DNA from: a virus
Taxonomy: Duplodnaviria > Caudoviricetes
Direction: 5' to 3' (one strand)
DNA: 31,604 bases
IMG/VR virus record: IMGVR_UViG_3300014201_000021
Span: 1 to 31,604 of that record
The notes under the pieces are model-generated. The model saw nothing but the letters and a program-made list of their open reading frames with translations. It had not been told where the DNA came from and ran no database searches. The position numbers and the translations under genes are program-made. Positions 1 to 6,860 of this stretch are shown here, piece after piece; position 1 is the stretch's first letter, and each line of letters opens with the position of its first letter.

Positions 1-1
1 A

Positions 2-298
2 TCCTTTCCCGTAGCCGTCGCCGGAGCCGTAGCCGTCGCCGTCGCCGGAGCCGTAGCCGTCGCCGTAGCCGTAGCCGTAGCCGTCGCCGGAGCCATAGCC
101 GTAGCCGTCGCCGGAGCCGTAGCCGAAGGAGGCGCCGTCGCGGTAGCCGTAGCCGGAGCCGTCGCCGTCGCCGTAGCCGGAGCCGTAGCCGGAGCCGTCG
201 CGGTAGCCGTAGCCGGAGCCGTAGCCGAAGCCGTAGCCGTCGCCGGAGCCGTAGCCGTCGCCGTCGCCGGAGCCGTAGCCGTCAAAAATTTTAGGCAT
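2..298 (-). CDS. Gly-X (GYGDGSG) low-complexity repeat protein, truncated at the window edge
   Basis: Not in the ORF track. ATG at 298 with GGAG upstream; reads MPKIFDGYGSGDGDGYGSGDGYG... with no stop before position 1; starts 2 nt after the upstream stop codon. Confidence 0.8.
   Translation of the reverse strand, partial: MPKIFDGYGSGDGDGYGSGDGYGFGYGSGYGYRDGSGYGSGYGDGDGSGYGYRDGASFGYGSGDGYGYGSGDGYGYGYGDGYGSGDGDGYGSGDGYGKG
11..283. repeat. Degenerate 6-bp tandem repeat, GGC-NNC on the minus strand
   Basis: About 45 units of gtagcc/gtcgcc/ggagcc/gaagcc, read directly. Confidence 0.95.
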
Positions 299-300
299 AG

Positions 301-648
301 TTATTTCTCCGTTGAAGAAAGATCCACGTTGGCTGCAATTGGAATAACTTCAATTGCTTCCAACAGGAGAATTTCAGGGACAGGTTGAGAAATGCGCGAA
401 TTGCCACGATTAACGCCGGATTGTGCAACGGCATTCAAGGTGAAAGCACCAGACCAAGAATAAAGCCGTCGGGCATTGGTAAGGGTAATTTCCCTACCTT
501 CACGGGATTTGATGGTGCCAATGTGAACACCAGCGGAATAGGTGCGTACAATGACCTCAGGGCCAGAAGGCACCATGCTAGGCGGGAGGGAAGATTTTTG
601 GATGTATTCCACTCCGTTGATGGTGATGGTTTGCAGGTCTGCTTTCAT
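301..648 (-). CDS. Conserved phage protein, DUF6948-like (SH3/Sm-like)
   Basis: Motif VIVRTYSAGVHIG...LTNARRLYSWSGAFTL...ILLLEAIEVIP; ATG at 648 with AAGGGG RBS. From recall, this family often precedes Gly-repeat ORFs. Confidence 0.7.
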   Translation of the reverse strand: MKADLQTITINGVEYIQKSSLPPSMVPSGPEVIVRTYSAGVHIGTIKSREGREITLTNARRLYSWSGAFTLNAVAQSGVNRGNSRISQPVPEILLLEAIEVIPIAANVDLSSTEK

Positions 649-674
649 AGATTCCCCTTTCACGGGAAGGTAGG

Positions 675-791
675 TTACAGAAAAATCCGGCCCAGAATGG
701 CCAGGGTTAGCATGAACAAGGCACCAGCGATGAATCCGCCGATGATGCCGCTATCGGGATTCCAGAAGCGCAGGTAAAGAGGTATTCGCAT
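675..791 (-). CDS. Small membrane protein (38 aa)
   Basis: MRIPLYLRFWNPDSGIIGGFIAGALFMLTLAILGRIFL; GAGG RBS; one hydrophobic helix. Confidence 0.6.
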   Translation of the reverse strand: MRIPLYLRFWNPDSGIIGGFIAGALFMLTLAILGRIFL

Positions 792-807
792 GTTTAAACC
801 TCACTCA

Positions 808-921
808 TCAGAGCGCCACATGGGCAGGTTGGACAGCCCTTGGATGACCGGCTGACACATACCATGGGGCGATGTGTCCAGTGACATCCAGTAACCATGC
901 TTCACGGGTGGTATGGGGCAT
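808..921 (-). pseudogene. 37-aa ORF resembling the N-terminus of phage SprT-like proteins; possible remnant
   Basis: MPHTTREAWLLDVTGHIAPWYVSAGHP...; GAGGT RBS directly downstream of a promoter; no HExxH region follows. Confidence 0.35.
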
Positions 922-954
922 CTGGTAACCTCGGGGAAATTTGTTGCTTGCTAT

Positions 955-983
955 AGGTTAACCCATTGGGCCGATGAAACAAG
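955..983 (-). promoter_or_regulatory. Putative leftward early promoter, copy 1
   Basis: Minus strand TTGTTT-catcggcccaatgggt-TAACCT (16-nt spacer) with an AT-rich upstream tract; near-duplicate at 2290-2317. Confidence 0.55.
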
Positions 984-1048
984 AGGCAAATTCAAAATAA
1001 AAATTATCTTTTGATTGCCTACAAAGTAGTCACCGGCCCATGAGAAAA

Positions 1049-1279
1049 TTAAAGCTGGGAATAGTCCAGCCCCAGCGCCCGGAGTCTGGATTTAGTGGTC
1101 CGAGTGGGCCAGCGATGGAATGTGACGCTATAGGGAAATAGATCGCCATTGTTCAACCGATAGGCGATGACGTTACCGTGGAGCTTGACAGTACCCAAGC
1201 TGGTCACACTGGTATTGCCAGAATGCCAGTCTAGGCCATTGGCCAGGGCGTGAACCATTTGCTGCTCAATTTTGCGCAT
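1049..1279 (-). CDS. Phage hypothetical protein (76 aa)
   Basis: GGAGG RBS; MRKIEQQM...W.SGNT.V...VKLHGNVIA...TTKSRLRAL pattern typical of a small phage family. Confidence 0.8.
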   Translation of the reverse strand: MRKIEQQMVHALANGLDWHSGNTSVTSLGTVKLHGNVIAYRLNNGDLFPYSVTFHRWPTRTTKSRLRALGLDYSQL

Positions 1280-1293
1280 GAGCTATCCTCCAT

Positions 1294-1348
1294 CTAGCGT
1301 TATTGCTAGTGACTGGCCTATAAATAGACCAGACGTTAACAATAGCTA
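1294..1348 (-). other. Intergenic two-state hairpin element E1
   Basis: TATTGTTA..CTGGTCTAT-tt-ATAGGCCAG..TAGCAATA long stem versus CTAGC-aataac-GCTAG short stem, immediately before GGAGG. Confidence 0.7.
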
Positions 1349-1483
1349 TGGAATAACCAATTCAAAATAGGCTTCCATACATCTTTCAAGAGTATAATAA
1401 AATCTTCCTGGAAAATTTATTTCATCATATAGTGCCATTCTGTATGCTCTATTTTCGCAAGTGTAATAACCTAGGCGGCCCAT
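1346..1483 (-). CDS. Small hypothetical protein (45 aa)
   Basis: MGRLGYYTCENRAYRMALYDEINFPGRFYYTLERCMEAYFELVIP; GGAG RBS; exactly fills the gap between elements E2 and E1. Confidence 0.65.
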   Translation of the reverse strand: MGRLGYYTCENRAYRMALYDEINFPGRFYYTLERCMEAYFELVIP

Positions 1484-1494
1484 GTGATCTCCAT

Positions 1495-1555
1495 TCCAGT
1501 ATTAGTACTGGACTATTCAGAATGGTTAGACTCTGAATAGCTCAATACTAAGCTA
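1495..1555 (-). other. Intergenic two-state hairpin element E2
   Basis: TTAGTATTG-ag-CTATTCAGA..TCTGAATAG-tc-CAGTACTAA long stem versus TCCAGT-actaat-ACTGGA short stem before GGAG. Confidence 0.65.
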
Positions 1556-1852
1556 TTGGAAAATATGCTTGTATTTGTTGTGAACCATAAATTTAACAGC
1601 TCCACTATCAGAAGAAAAATAACCTGTAACATGCTTGCCATTCTTGCGAGTGTTAGCTGGCAAGCTAAACCATGTATCAGGATATCCAGATGCATAGCAG
1701 GTTAAACGATCCACTTCTATTCCATCTATTTCAATGGGGCAATTGTTAACCTTGGCATATGGTCCAAGACAATCAAATGATCCGCCAGGACGATAACCAA
1801 TAGCGCCATTGGAAAATTCAAATCTTTCACGTGCAATAAATTTTTGGCTCAT
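1553..1852 (-). CDS. Phage hypothetical protein (99 aa)
   Basis: Start reassigned to ATG 1852 (MSQKFIARERF...) because of the GGAGG RBS; the longer track ORF overlaps element E3 and the upstream gene. Confidence 0.75.
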   Translation of the reverse strand: MSQKFIARERFEFSNGAIGYRPGGSFDCLGPYAKVNNCPIEIDGIEVDRLTCYASGYPDTWFSLPANTRKNGKHVTGYFSSDSGAVKFMVHNKYKHIFQ

Positions 1853-1866
1853 AATGACCCTCCAAT

Positions 1867-1926
1867 CTAGCATTAGTGCTAGTGAAAGCATAGGGTATTG
1901 GCCTATGCAATCGTTAACACTAGCTA
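1867..1926 (-). other. Intergenic two-state hairpin element E3
   Basis: TAGTGTTA..GCATAGG-ccaatac-CCTATGC..TAGCACTA long stem versus CTAGC-actaat-GCTAG short stem before GGAGG. Confidence 0.7.
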
Positions 1927-2129
1927 AGAGTGATATTAGGTAAATCGTGAATGTTGAGAATGCCATATTCGTAAAGACCATACTTGACGGGGATTTCAAT
2001 CCTTGATTGATCTTTCTTCCAAGTGCGAACCTTGCCATTGATCTTCAGACGGATGGTACGGCCTTGGTGGTTGATGTATTGGATATGTGATCCATATCCA
2101 AGATTGATAGCTTGTTCGAGTGTGATCAT
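1920..2129 (-). CDS. Phage hypothetical protein (69 aa)
   Basis: AAGGAG RBS; INGKVRTWKK...IEIPVKYGLYEY motif. Confidence 0.8.
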   Translation of the reverse strand: MITLEQAINLGYGSHIQYINHQGRTIRLKINGKVRTWKKDQSRIEIPVKYGLYEYGILNIHDLPNITLS

Positions 2130-2154
2130 GGGATTCTCCTTTGGAGTGTTGGGT

Positions 2155-2247
2155 TTACTTGGACAGGGTAGCTTGCCAGTAAGGGAAGCTGTAGACGATT
2201 AGGCCAATGGCCACGAATGCCAGGAAGAAACGGAATGGATGATGCAT
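2155..2247 (-). CDS. Small membrane peptide (30 aa)
   Basis: MHHPFRFFLAFVAIGLIVYSFPYWQATLSK; AAGGAG RBS; first ORF after promoter copy 2. Confidence 0.55.
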   Translation of the reverse strand: MHHPFRFFLAFVAIGLIVYSFPYWQATLSK

Positions 2248-2289
2248 GGCTGGACTCCTTGTGGACTGGTTGAATCTTGCTCTGATACA

Positions 2290-2317
2290 AGGTTAGTCTC
2301 AATGGGCCGATGTGCAA
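2290..2317 (-). promoter_or_regulatory. Putative leftward early promoter, copy 2
   Basis: Minus strand TTGCAC-atcggcccattgagac-TAACCT; shares the CATCGGCCCA..TG..TAACCT core with 955-983. Confidence 0.55.
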
Positions 2318-2379
2318 GAAGTATAAGCAAATCAAAAGTATCTATAAGCGCAGGTAATAGAACGACCGTTCCATTCTAC

Positions 2380-2830
2380 ACTGTAGAGTGACTAAAAAGT
2401 ATACACTTGGCCGGACACTATATATGTACGCTTGGGGTGCATGTCCTAAAGATGTGTCGGCCTAGCCTGAACACTCTCCATGTCCTCTGTTGCATCTTCA
2501 TGCTGTAACTGTGCAATCCAGTAGCCCAAACGTCTTATACAGTGAGACAGTGTGTCATCATGTCACACTGTGCTTATGTTAGTGTATGTGTGTCATGTGT
2601 CTATAGGCTGAATTGAATGTGAGTGTAGTTGTGTCAGATTGTAATGTTATGGTTGGGAAGGATTGATATGTGAGTTAGACTCTAGTAGATCATTACCTTA
2701 TGGGGTGGAAGGATATCTTTCTCATCCCCTCACACTCACATAAACTTAAGCCTTTGACACTCATGTTAATGTGAGTCTAGCGTGCTCTAGCAGTGTGTGT
2801 CAGTGTGACTCACTAGGCCATGTGTGCTCA
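2380..2830. repeat. Non-coding TG-rich tract with short degenerate repeats
   Basis: Recurrent gtgtgtca, atgtgagt, acactca and ctag words; no ORF of 60 aa or more in any frame. Confidence 0.55.
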
Positions 2831-3521
2831 TGGGTAGACTGTGCTGGGCTGGCCTTGCCTACCCTGGCCTGACAGTAGGCAGGAATGACCGGGGGGCTGG
2901 GGACCATGAAGTGGAGGCCGGGGGGCTTGGAGATATCCCACCCCCAAAAATTTTCAGTTTTTACATTTCACCTTTAGGCCCAGTGTTTACACTAGGAGTG
3001 TTGCATAAGACATATGTTTATATATAACAAAACCCCATCTCATAGGACAGGGTTTATTTGAGGTCTGATATTATTTGGAGTCAACTGGTGGTTAATTTAG
3101 ACAAAGAGCCTCCAACGCTATTATTAGTGTTGAAGCTGATGTCTAGATATAAACTTAGACAATTAGTGCAACAGATTACTCTTATGGAGTCTCGCGGTAG
3201 GATCGTTCCGCCAGGGGGATTGCTCCCGTGTATCTGCTCGGCCATATGATCTGTCTTGCATGGACTCTGGACCAAATGCCCATGCAACCTTTACCTCACC
3301 AAGCGGCACTAAACGCCAGGCAAGTTTCGCCTCCTCGCTCTCAAGGCTTCGATAGAGATTACCCGCTAGCTCGTCGCTCAGTTGGCAATGATGGTAGTTC
3401 GTGGTTGCCACCTTCGGGTTCCCTTATGGCTGGCCAGGGGTCAGCGTAACCTAAGAGTGCCTTCTCATGGGCATCTTGTCAAGGTGCGGTGGGCAACTTA
3501 TGCTTGGTTTGGAGAGCAATT

Positions 3522-3710
3522 ATGTCCAACCATGTCCCCGATGTTTTGTTTGGTTTGTCTATTCATGAGAAACGGGATGCCCGTGCCCGTGCCAGGGTTC
3601 AGAAAGAAATTCAGGCAAGGCAAAAGGTTAAACGCGAGGCCGCGAAAGCGGAAACCGATCGTCGGTTGAAGGAAACCAATGCTCCGGTTGTTCTGGTGAA
3701 GCGGGGATAG
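3522..3710 (+). CDS. Small basic hypothetical protein (62 aa)
   Basis: GGAG RBS before ATG 3522; Arg/Lys-rich helix; overlaps the next gene convergently. Confidence 0.45.
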   Translation: MSNHVPDVLFGLSIHEKRDARARARVQKEIQARQKVKREAAKAETDRRLKETNAPVVLVKRG

Positions 3711-3864
3711 GTGCCTTGGGGTGTTTCAACCTATAGACCTCACCCCTTAGCCTTCTAATCTCTGCCAGATCCTCATCTGCATGAGCCCACATGATAGCCA
3801 TCTCGGATCGGTAGCCTTCAATCATCTTGATGGCTTCTTCCATGGTGTTTGGCTGATTTTTCAT
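3628..3864 (-). CDS. Hypothetical coiled-coil protein
   Basis: AAGGTG RBS; EIRRLRGEVYRLK helix. Confidence 0.55.
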   Translation of the reverse strand: MKNQPNTMEEAIKMIEGYRSEMAIMWAHADEDLAEIRRLRGEVYRLKHPKAPIPASPEQPEHWFPSTDDRFPLSRPRV

Positions 3865-3880
3865 TGTTCACCTTATAAGC

Positions 3881-3909
3881 AAAACCCCCAAGGCGAGATG
3901 CCAAGGGGG
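3881..3909 (-). terminator. Putative intrinsic terminator
   Basis: Minus strand CCCCCttGGC-atctc-GCCttGGGGG followed by TTTT. Confidence 0.5.
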
Positions 3910-3956
3910 CTGGTTGGAGGACCACATGCGACTCGGAGCGGTAGGTTAGGAGTCAC

Positions 3957-4202
3957 CTAAAAGTAAGGTTTCAAGTCTCCTTCGTCAAGGGCAATTCGTG
4001 CGATGGCATGGGCTTCATTGGGTGGACTTGCCAGGATGGCTTGCAATGCTCCCAGGTAGCGTTCCCATTCCCAGTGCAGTCTAAGAGTGGCCTTCATGTG
4101 ACTCTTGGTTTCCTCGGCCACCTTTTGTTCTTCCGGGGTTAAGGACACGGGCCAATCCCTCCCTGGATCTGCTGGCCTTGGTTCTTTAGAAATCTGGCCC
4201 AA
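3957..4202 (-). CDS. Hypothetical protein
   Basis: Co-oriented with the operon; C-terminal ALQAI...IARIAL motif typical of small phage proteins; start uncertain. Confidence 0.55.
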   Translation of the reverse strand: MGQISKEPRPADPGRDWPVSLTPEEQKVAEETKSHMKATLRLHWEWERYLGALQAILASPPNEAHAIARIALDEGDLKPYF

Positions 4203-4441
4203 GCCTCGCTGTCGGATCTACTTTGAATGCTGGGTCGCGGAGGCCATGGGTTGACCTTGGTGATCACCGGAAGCAGACTCCTGACCATATGGGGAATGAT
4301 GTGGTTGATGATCATATCCTCAGTCACATGCTCCAAATCAACCATCTCCAGGTATTGGACCTGGGCTGATCCCAACTTGTCCTCTGAAATTGACAATCTG
4401 ATGTTGATTTTCATTTCTCGGTTCCTTCCGGAAAGACTCAC
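4139..4441 (-). CDS. Hypothetical protein
   Basis: GTGA overlap with the upstream stop; alternative start at 4414. Confidence 0.5.
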   Translation of the reverse strand: MSLSGRNREMKINIRLSISEDKLGSAQVQYLEMVDLEHVTEDMIINHIIPHMVRSLLPVITKVNPWPPRPSIQSRSDSEAWARFLKNQGQQIQGGIGPCP

Positions 4442-4887
4442 TTGAACGCTTTGGCCAATCGAGCCCGTTCCTGTCTAATTCCATCTGTCTTACCAGCGTC
4501 ATAGGCTTCCGAATGAGTTGGCCAAACAGGATCTACCCTATACATCGGAAAAGCGACGGGCTCGTAAGTCAGTTTTATTGGAGCGTGTTCCAGTTTCTTA
4601 ATCTTTTCATTAGCAACCCTGAGTTCATTTGTCAGGTCTTTAACCACACCTTCAATCTGCTGAAACCGATCCTTGATTGCCCTTTCCTCAAAGTCAATAA
4701 GCCCAGGCCGTAATTTTGACTCAGCCATTTTCTGCCACATCTTGACTTCCAGAGACATTTCCTCAATGGCCCTGACCGCACATTCGATCCCAGTTCCAGG
4801 CTTGCTCATGAAATTGGGCCTGACCTTGTCCAAGGCATCAACGACTGCTCTCCATGCCTTCCTTTTTTCATCGTCATTCCCAAACAT
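4438..4887 (-). CDS. Hypothetical coiled-coil protein (149 aa)
   Basis: AGGAG RBS directly after the tRNA CCA end. Confidence 0.75.
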   Translation of the reverse strand: MFGNDDEKRKAWRAVVDALDKVRPNFMSKPGTGIECAVRAIEEMSLEVKMWQKMAESKLRPGLIDFEERAIKDRFQQIEGVVKDLTNELRVANEKIKKLEHAPIKLTYEPVAFPMYRVDPVWPTHSEAYDAGKTDGIRQERARLAKAFK

Positions 4888-4900
4888 GTGATCTCCTATT

Positions 4901-4975
4901 TGGCTGATGGGGATGGACTCGAACCATCAGTGGCAACCTTCAAAGGATTGTGCTTTACCATTTAGCTACCCATCA
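4901..4975 (-). tRNA. tRNA-Gln(TTG)
   Basis: Acceptor TGATGGG/CCCATCA + GCCA; anticodon arm CAATC-ctTTGaa-GGTTG; T arm GATGG-TTCGAGT-CCATC. Confidence 0.92.
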
Positions 4976-4977
4976 AT

Positions 4978-5051
4978 TGGCTACGGGAACTGGACTTGAA
5001 CCAATATTCGCTGCGTCAGAGGCAGATGTCCTACCATTGAACGATCCCGCA
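4978..5051 (-). tRNA. tRNA-Gln(CTG)
   Basis: Acceptor TGCGGGA/TCCCGTA + GCCA; anticodon arm (t)CTGC-ctCTGac-GCAG(c); T arm ATTGG-TTCAAGT-CCAGT. Confidence 0.88.
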
Positions 5052-5055
5052 ATAC

Positions 5056-5373
5056 TTAGTCCTGGGTTGGAGGGTTGTCAGGGATGGGTTCAGCCTGGGC
5101 ATCAGGCGTTTCTTCGGTCGGGACCACCACTGGCGTATTCAGGGTCAAGTGCTTGGTCGCCAGTTCCAGCACGATACGATGGGCTTCATCAAAGTCCAGG
5201 GCGTTGATGCTGTGGTTCTGCACATCGCAATGCCAGACCGCATCTGCGCCCTTGGACACTTCTACCACCAGGACCAGAGCTTCCTCCTTGGGGCTGGTTG
5301 GCTGTAGCACGGTCTTGGAAATATCACCCTGGTCTTGGCTTTCCTTCAAATGAAATATCCTTGGGAAATTCAT
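5056..5373 (-). CDS. Hypothetical protein (105 aa)
   Basis: AGGAG RBS; ATGA overlap with the upstream gene. Confidence 0.7.
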   Translation of the reverse strand: MNFPRIFHLKESQDQGDISKTVLQPTSPKEEALVLVVEVSKGADAVWHCDVQNHSINALDFDEAHRIVLELATKHLTLNTPVVVPTEETPDAQAEPIPDNPPTQD

Positions 5374-5720
5374 ATTTTCTCCTGGCCCTTCAAGGGCAGA
5401 TGCGGGAGATTCTTACTAAAATCCCGCTTGTTGACTCTATTGGAGGCCCGGTCAAGAGCCCTATCCTTGGCGTCGTTGGGTAACTGGAGCCAGATGTCCC
5501 AAAGCCCCTCTATGAGATACGAGGCATGGCCATCGCTAACGTCGGGGTCGCTGAACAACTCCTGCTCCAGCCGGATGTAATGGGCCTCAAGGTCGAAGAT
5601 TGGCATTGCAGGGCACACATTGGGGGGTGTAAGGCAACTGTTCCTTGTTTCCGTCCTCATAGCTCTTTTCTCCTTCCTTTGTTCTCTGGAACCAGTGTGG
5701 CTTGTGGGATGTCTTTTCAC
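5370..5720 (-). CDS. Hypothetical protein
   Basis: Co-oriented and coupled to the downstream gene; start uncertain. Confidence 0.5.
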   Translation of the reverse strand: MKRHPTSHTGSREQRKEKRAMRTETRNSCLTPPNVCPAMPIFDLEAHYIRLEQELFSDPDVSDGHASYLIEGLWDIWLQLPNDAKDRALDRASNRVNKRDFSKNLPHLPLKGQEKI

Positions 5721-5774
5721 CGCTCCGGGTGCCCTTTTCTCTCTTGAGCCCTCGCGGGATGATCTTACCTTTCA

Positions 5775-6140
5775 TTAACGCCTCCCGGCCTTCTTGAGAA
5801 TTTCCAGACACCGGCCATAGGTATCGACGGACCTTGCTTGGCCAGTTTCAACCTTGACGCAGAATGCATCCATCACATCCAGGGCATCATCGTGTAGAGT
5901 AATGAATCGACTCCACGCCCTTAGAACATCCATGATGTCATATTTAGGATCGCGGTGGTTTGAACAGTTGACATATTTATGAATCGTCTTTTTGTCTTGG
6001 GTCATTTTGCTGTCTCCTTTTTGTGTGGGCTTAAGGAACTCTTTCAGAATCTCGGCATCAACTTGTTTTGCAATACCTTCACCCCATGCCCGCATTGCTT
6101 CGTCCTGGGCCTTTTGAAATTTATTCTCCATGGAGTTCAC
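5775..6140 (-). CDS. Hypothetical protein
   Basis: GTGA-coupled start; a strong internal AAGGAG RBS precedes in-frame ATG 6005. Confidence 0.65.
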   Translation of the reverse strand: MNSMENKFQKAQDEAMRAWGEGIAKQVDAEILKEFLKPTQKGDSKMTQDKKTIHKYVNCSNHRDPKYDIMDVLRAWSRFITLHDDALDVMDAFCVKVETGQARSVDTYGRCLEILKKAGRR

Positions 6141-6334
6141 CTATATAGCCTGATTGTTTCCTCTGCCAGCCTCTTGATCACCGGGAGACTCATGGCTGGA
6201 CCCTGAAATTCGTTCCATGCAATCCAGCCCAACACTGTCCGGTAGAACTTGTTCTGGTCCTGGGTTTCCCTTAGCAGGTTGGCCACTTCTTCCTGGACCT
6301 CAAACTTCTTGGCGTCAATCGTGATCGTGGCCAT
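6137..6334 (-). CDS. Hypothetical protein (65 aa)
   Basis: GGAG RBS; operon context. Confidence 0.65.
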   Translation of the reverse strand: MATITIDAKKFEVQEEVANLLRETQDQNKFYRTVLGWIAWNEFQGPAMSLPVIKRLAEETIRLYR

Positions 6335-6611
6335 CGCTTGTCTCCGGGGCGGCTTCCTCCTTCAGTCTAAATATCCCAACCCCATTTGCCAAGGTCCGGC
6401 AGGTAAACATATTCTGAAACCCACGCCGTTTACACCAGGAGTGGGCCGCGACCACCACGGACCTCATGACCCTCTGTCGGTCATTGGCTGGGCACTCAAT
6501 CAGGAACATGGAGCCTTCCTTGAGACCGCCAAATGGGTATTTGTAAGCGGCCTTGTGTTCCTTCTTGGGGAGCGGGATGCCTTCGTGGATGGATACTCGG
6601 AGATGGGTCAT
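6315..6611 (-). CDS. Small putative DNA-binding protein of the YPF...G.SF type
   Basis: GIPLP...KYPFGGLKEGSMFLI...FTCRT..NGVGIFR pattern; GGAGG RBS before ATG 6611. Confidence 0.65.
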   Translation of the reverse strand: MTHLRVSIHEGIPLPKKEHKAAYKYPFGGLKEGSMFLIECPANDRQRVMRSVVVAAHSWCKRRGFQNMFTCRTLANGVGIFRLKEEAAPETSDGHDHD

Positions 6612-6781
6612 GAGCCCTCCTGCCATTCTCGGATTTGTTGGCCCAAGTGGAATCCGCAGAATGCACTACCGACGCAAGCAATCACTCCCTGCCAATGCCA
6701 GAACCCAGGAACCAAGGTCCACCAGTGGGTGAACCCAATCCATACTGACCCATAAAAGAAAATCCGGTCAACTCTGTTCAT
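6608..6781 (-). CDS. Small membrane protein (57 aa)
   Basis: AGGAG RBS before ATG 6781; two Trp-rich hydrophobic segments. Confidence 0.6.
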   Translation of the reverse strand: MNRVDRIFFYGSVWIGFTHWWTLVPGFWHWQGVIACVGSAFCGFHLGQQIREWQEGS

Positions 6782-6828
6782 AGTGTCTCCTAAAAGGTAA
6801 TACCCATGCACATTTCTTCTGCACAGGT

Positions 6829-6856
6829 ATTATCGGTTAAACTAATTGATAGTCAA
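6829..6856 (-). promoter_or_regulatory. Putative sigma70 promoter
   Basis: Minus strand TTGACT-N16-GATAAT in the intergenic gap. Confidence 0.6.
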
Positions 6857-6860
6857 GAGG

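Noticed and set aside
1-290. Repeat tract as a CRISPR array
   Set aside because: 6-bp in-frame coding units with no unique spacers and no cas genes.
795-815. CTGATGAG on the minus strand suggesting a hammerhead ribozyme
   Set aside because: No properly placed GAAA or stems II/III; the sequence is explained by the stop codon of 808-921 plus the next RBS.
1294-1926. Hairpin elements as integron attC sites or intrinsic terminators
   Set aside because: GTTAAC is present in only two of three, there are no paired R''/R' boxes at the ends, no U tracts and no integrase in the window.
4901-5051. Suppressor tRNA or TAG-to-Gln recoding
   Set aside because: The anticodons are TTG and CTG, not CTA or TTA; TAG ends several genes and conserved genes are intact in code 11.
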